From Candidatus Pelagibacter sp. HTCC7211 (GTDB lineage Bacteria; Pseudomonadota; Alphaproteobacteria; Pelagibacterales; Pelagibacteraceae), in the NCBI RefSeq assembly GCF_000155895.1, contig NZ_DS995298.1:1110001-1142000 (forward strand): a DNA stretch of 32,000 nt. Reading direction: 5' to 3'. The number at the start of each line of letters is the position of its first letter. Positions within the stretch are counted from its first letter, which is position 1. Below are positions 25,512-32,000 of the stretch, in pieces. The notes beneath the pieces are model-generated. The model had not been told where the DNA came from. It saw nothing but the letters and a program-made list of their open reading frames with translations, and did no database searches. The translations under genes and the position numbers were made by a program.

Positions 25512-28032
25512 TCCATCTGAATTAAATTTAATTATTAAGTATGCTTTTAAAGATTTAAGCAGAAATTATAAAAAATTATCAAGTATTATAATAACACTTT
25601 TTATTAGCCTTTTCATTTTAAGTGCCATCTTCACAATTGAAGATAGTTTAAAAAAGGAACTTAACGATAACGCTAAAGCTTTGTTAGGTGGTGATCTTGA
25701 AATAGATTATAATCGAAATGAAGGAGATCTCGATCTTGTCAATCAAGTAAAAAAATTTACAACTATTTCTCAAATGATTGAGTTCAGTACAATGGTCTCA
25801 ACCATTGATAGAGAAAAAAACAAATCTCTTTTTACCAGAATAAAAACTGTCGATACGAAATATCCTTTATACGGTGAGGTGGATTATGAACCTGCGGGTG
25901 CGTTTGATAGAATGCATAATGAGCCAAATACTTTGTTAATAAATGAAAGTTTATCCAAAAATTTAGATCTAAAAATTAATGACAAAATTAAAGTTCAAAA
26001 TCAATTATTTACAATTATAGGAATTGTAAAATCTGTGCCAGATGTCAGTGGATTTGTTGCGTTTGGTGACTGGGCACTTGCAGGTGATCAAACATTAGAA
26101 ATATTAAAACTTAATGGTATCGGAAGTTTTCTAAATTATGAATACAAAGTAAAATTTAATGAAGTAGAGAATGCCAGAGAACTAGAGAAAAGAATTGAAA
26201 ATATATTTAAAGATGATCAAAAAGTTCAGCTTAGGTATCCTGAAAATTCTGCAAGTGGATTAAAGAGAATTATCAATAATTTTTCACAGTTTTTATCGTT
26301 AGTCTCTATCAGTGCAATGTTAATTGCAGGAATTGGGATAGCAAATACTCTTCTTTCTTTTATCAATCAAAACAATATGTCAATTGCAGTTAGAAAAGCT
26401 GTTGGGTTTTACTCAGGAAACATTAAAACACTATATTATCTTCAATTGTTAATTTTGCTTTTAATGATCACCACTTTAGCTTATGGCTCAAGTTTTTTAA
26501 TAGTTCCTATTGTAGATCAATATTTATCAGATGGATTGGGACTTAATGTTTCTCCAGTATTTTCATTTGTTAACTATATAAAAATTTTTTTAGTTGGATT
26601 ATTGGTTCTAATTATTTTTTCAATTCCGACCATAAGTTCAATCGATCAAGTCAAAGCCTCAAATTTATTTAGAAATGTTTTTCAAAATTTAGAATTTTAT
26701 TATTCAAAAAAATCAATAGCTTTAAGTCTTATATTGTTATCCATTTTAGTTCTTTTATTTAGCTTTGGTTCTGAGAGACCTATCTACAGTTTTGGGTATT
26801 TTGTGGCTTTTTTTGTTTGTTTAATTGTATTTTTTTTACTATCAAAAATAATCATTTATTTTTTAAAAAAATTTAAATCTTCTTCTAATATATCTCTAAA
26901 AGTATCTATTAAAAATATCACTCAAACCAAAAGTATTACTCCAATTACAATTATGTCTTTAGGGTTGGGAGTTACTTTGCTTTTAACTCTCGCATTAGTT
27001 GGAACAAATTTTCAAAGAGAAATTGCAAAATCTATACCTGATATTGCTCCTGACTATTTTTTTGTTGGGATTCAAAAAGGAGAAAAAGAAATATTTGAAA
27101 AAAATATATTGAATATGGATTTCAATGCCAAAATTGAAGTGGTACCGATGGTGTCATCTGGAATTATTAAAATTAATGGTGTTAATCCAAATACTTATAT
27201 CCAACCTGATAATGATAGTTTCTGGGTTATTGAAAGTGACAGAAGATCTTCATGGACCGATGAAGTTCCAGAAGATAATCCGTTAACTGAAGGTAAATGG
27301 TGGGATCTTACCAAACCCAATCAGCTTCAAATTTCTTTAGATGCCGAAGTTGCAAAAAATTTAAATATTAAATTAGGTGATGTATTCACTCTTAATATTT
27401 ATGGTAGAGAAATTGATGGTAAGATAGTTAATTTTAGAGCTGTAGATTACCGTGATCTTAATATTAATTTTGCAATGCTATTTAATCCTCAATTTGCAAA
27501 CAATATTCCTCATGAATATTTAGCAACTGCTAAATTTGAAACAATTGAAAAATTTGATGAAACTTCAATGTTGGATGTATTGCCGAGTTTATCCATGATT
27601 AAGATTGCTGACTATTTAAATAAAGTAACTGATGTTTTAAATAAAGTTTTTATCGCTGTAACCCTTATTTCGGCAGTCACTATTATTATTGGTTTAATTG
27701 TTATTTCTAGCGCTATTATGGTTCAAGGAAAAGTAAAAGAATACCAAAATTTAGTATTTAAAATTTTAGGGTTTTCAAAAAAAGAAGTGATTTTATCATC
27801 ACTAATTGAATTTATAATTATTTTTAAATCTGTAATTTTAATTTCAATTTTTTTTGCAGTAATTGGTTCAAAATTTATAATGGAAAATATCTTTGAACTT
27901 GTCTGGAAATTTGATTTTAAAGTATTAATTTACCTTGGATCTTCTATTGGTCTGGTAACTTTAATCTTAATTTTGTTAACAAATTTAAAATATCTAAATC
28001 CTAAAATATATCCTTTAATTAGAAATCAATAA
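25495..28032 (+). CDS. ybbP: FtsX-family ABC transporter permease YbbP-like (duplicated FtsX domains)
   Basis: 845 aa with two 4-TM FtsX-like modules separated by large periplasmic domains. It overlaps ybbA by 17 nt. Confidence 0.8.
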   Translation: MEKLDNPSELNLIIKYAFKDLSRNYKKLSSIIITLFISLFILSAIFTIEDSLKKELNDNAKALLGGDLEIDYNRNEGDLDLVNQVKKFTTISQMIEFSTMVSTIDREKNKSLFTRIKTVDTKYPLYGEVDYEPAGAFDRMHNEPNTLLINESLSKNLDLKINDKIKVQNQLFTIIGIVKSVPDVSGFVAFGDWALAGDQTLEILKLNGIGSFLNYEYKVKFNEVENARELEKRIENIFKDDQKVQLRYPENSASGLKRIINNFSQFLSLVSISAMLIAGIGIANTLLSFINQNNMSIAVRKAVGFYSGNIKTLYYLQLLILLLMITTLAYGSSFLIVPIVDQYLSDGLGLNVSPVFSFVNYIKIFLVGLLVLIIFSIPTISSIDQVKASNLFRNVFQNLEFYYSKKSIALSLILLSILVLLFSFGSERPIYSFGYFVAFFVCLIVFFLLSKIIIYFLKKFKSSSNISLKVSIKNITQTKSITPITIMSLGLGVTLLLTLALVGTNFQREIAKSIPDIAPDYFFVGIQKGEKEIFEKNILNMDFNAKIEVVPMVSSGIIKINGVNPNTYIQPDNDSFWVIESDRRSSWTDEVPEDNPLTEGKWWDLTKPNQLQISLDAEVAKNLNIKLGDVFTLNIYGREIDGKIVNFRAVDYRDLNINFAMLFNPQFANNIPHEYLATAKFETIEKFDETSMLDVLPSLSMIKIADYLNKVTDVLNKVFIAVTLISAVTIIIGLIVISSAIMVQGKVKEYQNLVFKILGFSKKEVILSSLIEFIIIFKSVILISIFFAVIGSKFIMENIFELVWKFDFKVLIYLGSSIGLVTLILILLTNLKYLNPKIYPLIRNQ

Positions 28033-28053
28033 TTAGAATTTTGAAGCGTAAAC

Positions 28054-28218
28054 CTAAAAATTTAGGAGTAATACTATAGATGTTATTACAGCAATAATAA
28101 TAATAACGACAATATAATTAAGCTTTATATTGAACTTTTTTTGAACAAAATCAGTAATTTTCTCCCAGAATAAAACTATTAGTAAAATAACAATAGCTGG
28201 TAGTAAATATTTAATCAT
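28054..28218 (-). CDS. Unannotated 54-aa two-helix membrane protein candidate
   Basis: My own translation gives MIKYLLPAIVILLIVLFWEKITDFVQKKFNIKLNYIVVIIIIAVITSIVLLLNF*. Its ATG lies 3 nt after the regulator stop on the same strand. Confidence 0.35.
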   Translation of the reverse strand: MIKYLLPAIVILLIVLFWEKITDFVQKKFNIKLNYIVVIIIIAVITSIVLLLNF

Positions 28219-28221
28219 TAT

Positions 28222-29655
28222 CTAAGAATTATTGTCACTAACATAAACAGAAACTCCCCTTGTGTTTAAATCTACATCAAATTTTTTATGTAATGGTGGG
28301 AATGCTCTTTGTGAACAATCTAATCTATCACAAGTTCTACAAGATACACCAATTGGGATTTCTGTTGATTTATCATTAATATTTACATTTTCGGTATAAA
28401 CAAAATCCTTAGCATATTTAGCCTCACAACCAAGACCAATAGACAATATGCTTTTTGCTTGTCCAAATCTTCCTATACCTTTTTCAACTGTTCTTGCAAT
28501 GCAAACATATTTTTCACCATTGGTCATTTTACTTACTGCAGCTTGGATAACTCCTGGTCTAGTTAGAGCAGAGTAAACATTCCACCTAGGGCATGCTCCT
28601 CCATATCTAGGTATATCAATACCTGATAAAGAAAATCTTTTTGATATATTTCCTGCCATATCTACTCTTAAAAAATGAAAAGGGATTCCTGGAAGTTTTG
28701 GATCTTGCAGGCACGTTACTCTATGTGCAACTTGTTCAAATGAGGTAGCAAAAGTATTTTGTAGCAGCTCTAAATCATATTTTAGTTTTTTACACTCTGA
28801 ATGAAAAAATTTATAAGGCATTAAAATTGCTGCACCACAATAATTTAGTAATGCAACTTTTGTTAATTTTTTTGACTCTTCAGATGGAAAGCTAAATGTT
28901 GATAAATATTCTTCAATTTCATCACTGGCTCCCTCTTGTGCTATTTGGGCTGCAGCATGTAATTTTTTTGTCTCCAATGAACTATAATCACTTAATAAAA
29001 GTTCTTTTTTATTTTTTTTAAATATTTTAGAAAAAGGTTTATTTTCCTCAGGAATTACATCATTTACTTTAATTGAATATTCTGAATTTAAATATTCACA
29101 AAGAGCAATATATCTTGTTCGATTATTTTTTTGAATTTTATCAAAAACTTTATTTGCAAAGTCTTCTAATTTTGGAAAATAATTTTTATTTTGTTGTAAA
29201 AAATCTGAAATTACTTCTCCAGGAAATGAATTTTTTCTATTATCAACTATCTTTCCAGAAATTTTTTCTACTTTATCAAATAGTTCGTGATCCTTTTCTT
29301 TTAAAATATCACCTAATCTAACAATAGCTTTTCCAATCTTTGGATTGGTGCTTACTAAATCTTTTACTTCTGGTCCTAAAATATCTAGGTCTTCAAATAA
29401 TTTATCATCTAAGATTTCAGAAATAGTATTTTGTAAATTAATATCTGTTTTAGAAGTAAGATGAGAGAGTTCAATATTAAGTTTTTCACATACTTTTAAT
29501 AAAAGATCGCCATCAATTTTACGCTTACCACTCTCTATTAAGTTTAAATAACTTGGAGAAATGCTCAAATCTTCAGCTAATTTATTAGCTTGTAAACCTA
29601 ATTGCCTTCTAAAAGCTTTGATTTTTGGCCCTATTTTTAAATCTAATTGACTCAT
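28222..29655 (-). CDS. RamB/PrpR/ScfR-type regulator (XRE HTH + ImmA/IrrE-like domain + DUF2083 Cys-rich C-terminus)
   Basis: The N-terminal XRE HTH is GPKIKAFRRQLGLQANKLAEDLSISPSYLNLIESGKR. Conserved C-terminal blocks are FEQVAHRVTCLQ, GGACPRWNVY and CRTCDRLDCSQRAFPP. It is divergent from isocitrate lyase, the classic context for this family. Confidence 0.8.
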   Translation of the reverse strand: MSQLDLKIGPKIKAFRRQLGLQANKLAEDLSISPSYLNLIESGKRKIDGDLLLKVCEKLNIELSHLTSKTDINLQNTISEILDDKLFEDLDILGPEVKDLVSTNPKIGKAIVRLGDILKEKDHELFDKVEKISGKIVDNRKNSFPGEVISDFLQQNKNYFPKLEDFANKVFDKIQKNNRTRYIALCEYLNSEYSIKVNDVIPEENKPFSKIFKKNKKELLLSDYSSLETKKLHAAAQIAQEGASDEIEEYLSTFSFPSEESKKLTKVALLNYCGAAILMPYKFFHSECKKLKYDLELLQNTFATSFEQVAHRVTCLQDPKLPGIPFHFLRVDMAGNISKRFSLSGIDIPRYGGACPRWNVYSALTRPGVIQAAVSKMTNGEKYVCIARTVEKGIGRFGQAKSILSIGLGCEAKYAKDFVYTENVNINDKSTEIPIGVSCRTCDRLDCSQRAFPPLHKKFDVDLNTRGVSVYVSDNNS

Positions 29656-29663
29656 ATTTTCTA

Positions 29664-29767
29664 TTTGTAAATTTTGTAAATTTATTTTTACAATTTTTTT
29701 ATAATATTTACAAGCTTTTTTATCTTTTTTATATCTTTTGTAAACTCTGTAAATTATAAGATTTACA
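29664..29767. promoter_or_regulatory. Array of seven TGTAAA/TTTACA hexamers (candidate operator sites) in the regulator-aceA divergent region
   Basis: TGTAAA occurs at 29666, 29675, 29739 and 29748. TTTACA occurs at 29687, 29707 and 29762. The array includes a tandem TTTGTAAAT x2 (29664-29681) and two 7-6-7 palindromes: TTGTAAA-N6-TTTACAA (29674-29693) and TGTAAAT-N6-ATTTACA (29748-29767). Confidence 0.55.
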
Positions 29768-29928
29768 TGAACAAAAAATTAAATAACACTGAAAACGAAG
29801 CTCAAATCATAAGAAAAGAGGATCTAGATCGACATAATAGTAGAGGTATCTACATGAGGGATGATCATTGTGATTGGGGTTCAAGTGGGATGAGTGATCT
29901 TATTAAATCTTTAGACGACAATAGTTAA
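29767..29928 (+). CDS. Unannotated 53-aa acidic small protein candidate upstream of aceA
   Basis: My own translation gives MNKKLNNTENEAQIIRKEDLDRHNSRGIYMRDDHCDWGSSGMSDLIKSLDDNS*. The local base composition is coding-like rather than spacer-like. It is on the same strand as aceA. Confidence 0.4.
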   Translation: MNKKLNNTENEAQIIRKEDLDRHNSRGIYMRDDHCDWGSSGMSDLIKSLDDNS

Positions 29929-30010
29929 AATTCGTCTCTAAAAAATTTAATAATATTCACTTCTTACTAATTCAACTTTTCAAACCATAAACATAATAGG
30001 ACTAACAATA

Positions 30011-31285
30011 ATGAGCGCAGAAAATATCTCATACGACTTAAAAAGATTTGCTGGAATTAAACGTGATTATACTGAAGAAGAAGTTGAAAGATTAAGAGGT
30101 TCAATCAAAATTGAATATTCAATGTGTAAAATGCAATCACAAAAGCTTTGGAAATTATTAAATACAGAATCTTATATTAATACACTTGGATCTTTATCTG
30201 GTAATCACGCTGTGCAACATGCTAAAGCTGGGTTAAAAGCAATTTATTTAAGTGGATGGCAAGTAGCAGCAGATGCAAATAGTGCTGGAGAAATGTATCC
30301 TGATCAATCTTTGTATCCTTATGATAGTGCACCAAAATTAGTTGAATCCATGAATAATGCATTAGTTAGAGCAGATCAAATTCAACACATGGAACTTAAA
30401 GATGGTGATATGAAAGAAGAAAATAAAGTTGATTACATGTTACCAATTATTGCTGACGGTGAAGCAGGTTTTGGTGGACCTTTAAATGTATTTGAACTTG
30501 CAAAAAAATTCATCAAAGCAGGTGCTGCTGGTGTTCATTTTGAAGATCAACTAGCTAGTGAAAAAAAATGTGGTCATATGGGTGGTAAAGTTTTAGTTCC
30601 AACTGGAACTATGATTAAAAATCTAAAGGCTGCAAGATTAGCTGCAGACATTGCTAATGTTCCACTTATTATTTTAGCTAGAACAGATGCAAATGCTGCA
30701 AAACTAATTACTAATGATCATGATGAAAATGATAAACCATTTTTAACAGGTGAAAGATCACCAGAAGGTTTCTTTTATGTAAAACAAGGAATTGATCAAG
30801 CAATATCTAGAGGCCTTGCTTATGCTCCATATTCAGATTTGATTTGGTGTGAAACGGCGACACCAAATTTAGAAGAAGCTAAAAAATTTGCTGATGCAGT
30901 TCATGAAAAATTTCCTGGAAAGTTATTAGCATACAATTGTTCTCCATCATTTAATTGGAAAAAGCATTTAAATGATGATGAAATTGCTTCTTTCCAACAA
31001 GAGATTTCCAAAATGGGATATAAATTCCAATTTATAACTTTAGCTGGTTTTCATACACAAAATATTGCAATTTTTGAACTTGCAGAAAAATATAAAAAAG
31101 AAGGTATGACTGCTTACTCTAGAATTCAAGAACAGGAATTCTTAAGAGAAAAAGATGGCTATACTAGCGTTAAGCACCAAAGAGAGGTTGGAACTTCATA
31201 TTTTGACTCTGTATCAAATACTATTAGCAGTGGCACAAGTTCTACTACTGCAATGGAAGGTTCAACTGAATCTGAACAATTTTAA
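30011..31285 (+). CDS. aceA: Isocitrate lyase
   Basis: ICL signature KKCGHMGGK. 424 aa, with the conserved SGWQVAADAN and ADGEAGFGG blocks. Confidence 0.95.
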   Translation: MSAENISYDLKRFAGIKRDYTEEEVERLRGSIKIEYSMCKMQSQKLWKLLNTESYINTLGSLSGNHAVQHAKAGLKAIYLSGWQVAADANSAGEMYPDQSLYPYDSAPKLVESMNNALVRADQIQHMELKDGDMKEENKVDYMLPIIADGEAGFGGPLNVFELAKKFIKAGAAGVHFEDQLASEKKCGHMGGKVLVPTGTMIKNLKAARLAADIANVPLIILARTDANAAKLITNDHDENDKPFLTGERSPEGFFYVKQGIDQAISRGLAYAPYSDLIWCETATPNLEEAKKFADAVHEKFPGKLLAYNCSPSFNWKKHLNDDEIASFQQEISKMGYKFQFITLAGFHTQNIAIFELAEKYKKEGMTAYSRIQEQEFLREKDGYTSVKHQREVGTSYFDSVSNTISSGTSSTTAMEGSTESEQF

Positions 31286-31314
31286 ATAAAAATAGTTTCC
31301 CTCAAATTATTTTA

Positions 31315-31343
31315 AATAGCCCTTAATTGGGCTATTTTTTTGT
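31315..31343 (+). terminator. Intrinsic terminator of aceA
   Basis: AATAGCCC-ttaatt-GGGCTATT (8-bp stem) followed by TTTTTGTTT. Confidence 0.8.
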
Positions 31344-31379
31344 TTGTAATGATTACAAGAGACTGTTAAGGAACAAAAA

Positions 31380-32000
31380 ATGAGTAATAAAAACTTTGGT
31401 TTTGGTACACAAATAAGAAAATCACCATATTTTGACTCTACTGTAAAATGGGGCGCGACAGGTTTTTCAGTTTATAACCACATGTATATCCCAAGAGATT
31501 TTGGAAATCCTGAACAGAATTTTTGGAACCTAATTCAAACAGCTATTCTTTGCGATGTTGCTGTTGAAAGACAAGTGGAAATAACAGGTCCTGATGCTTA
31601 TAAATTTATACAATTGCTTACACCCAGAGATTTATCAAAACTTGCAATTGGTCAATGTAAATACGTATTAATCACTAATAATGATGGTGGTATATTAAAT
31701 GATCCAGTTTTATTAAGACTAGCTGAAAATCATTTTTGGTTATCCCTTGCTGATAGTGATGTTTTGTTATGGGCACAAGGCGTTGCTGTTAACTCAGGTT
31801 TAAATGTTCAAATCAAAGAACCAGATGTCTCTCCCTTACAATTACAGGGTCCTAACTCAGGAGAAATCATGGTTAAATTATTTGGAGAAGGTATTAGGGA
31901 ATTAAAATATTATTGGTTAAGAGAATACGATCTAGATGGTATTCCATTAATAGTTTCAAGAACTGGTTGGTCAAGTGAACTGGGTTATGAAATATATCTA
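31380..32000 (+). CDS. GcvT-family aminomethyltransferase, DmdA-like (candidate DMSP demethylase); partial, runs off the window end
   Basis: My own translation gives MSNKNFGFGTQIRKSPYFDSTVKWGATGFSVYNHMYIP...DVAVERQVEITGPDA...LNDPVLLRLAENHFWLSLADSD...EPDVSPLQLQGP...SRTGWSSELGYEIYL. This RKSPYF/VYNHM N-terminus differs from canonical GcvT and resembles what I remember of DmdA. An AAGGA lies 7 nt upstream of the ATG. Confidence 0.6.
   Translation, partial: MSNKNFGFGTQIRKSPYFDSTVKWGATGFSVYNHMYIPRDFGNPEQNFWNLIQTAILCDVAVERQVEITGPDAYKFIQLLTPRDLSKLAIGQCKYVLITNNDGGILNDPVLLRLAENHFWLSLADSDVLLWAQGVAVNSGLNVQIKEPDVSPLQLQGPNSGEIMVKLFGEGIRELKYYWLREYDLDGIPLIVSRTGWSSELGYEIYL

Noticed and set aside
23906-25516. 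ORFs 23906-24214(+), 24186-24428(+), 24540-24743(+) and 25145-25516(-)
   Set aside because: All are antisense to the well-supported TPR, tesA and ybbA genes, so they are shadows.
28222-29655. The XRE HTH + ImmA/IrrE-like protein as a phage repressor/antirepressor, toxin-antitoxin or defence regulator
   Set aside because: The full 477-aa architecture, with the Cys-rich DUF2083-type C-terminus (CRTCDRLDCSQRAFPP) and divergent pairing with isocitrate lyase, matches the RamB/PrpR/ScfR metabolic regulators. There are no phage, integrase or toxin genes nearby.
1-32000. Search for CRISPR arrays, tRNA/rRNA genes, IS elements or prophage remnants
   Set aside because: I saw no spaced direct-repeat arrays, no GC-rich 70-90-nt cloverleaf-like stretches in the few spacers, and no transposase, integrase or phage-like ORFs. 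Every spacer over 100 bp was inspected by eye. A tRNAscan/Infernal run would be the definitive check.

Overview
The window is strongly AT-rich and very tightly packed, with spacers of 0-10 nt and many overlapping start and stop codons. It looks like core chromosome of a streamlined marine alphaproteobacterium; a SAR11/Pelagibacterales-like origin is my inference from composition, gene packing and gene content. I see no rRNA, tRNA, CRISPR array, transposase, integrase or obvious defence island. About 40 protein genes are supportable. The most coherent theme is organosulfur and sulfite handling at 1-7.8 kb. It comprises a split UxaA-family dehydratase pair resembling sulfolactate sulfo-lyase SuyAB, a YeiH-type putative sulfate exporter, a TauE/SafE sulfite exporter, aprM-aprB-aprA (APS reductase with membrane anchor), two uncharacterised small ORFs wedged into that operon, and a HIT hydrolase directly upstream. 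After that come pabB-pabA-pabC, an MFS transporter, metC, mnmA, cysQ, recX and a thiol/redox group (DsbA-like isomerase, rhodanese, Bcp). The list continues with amt, hup, rseP, ytoQ, a zero-spacer TPR-SRAP-GFA-FAD oxidase operon and tesA divergent from ybbA-ybbP. The window ends with a RamB/ScfR-type regulator divergent from isocitrate lyase and a partial DmdA-like GcvT-family gene. I did not find a clear-cut new multi-gene system. The best leads are the unannotated components around the apr operon, a dense TGTAAA/TTTACA operator-like array in front of aceA, several unannotated micro-ORFs including a 27-aa hyperbasic peptide, and structured intergenic hairpins. All functional calls rest on motif and architecture recognition by eye, because no database search was possible.
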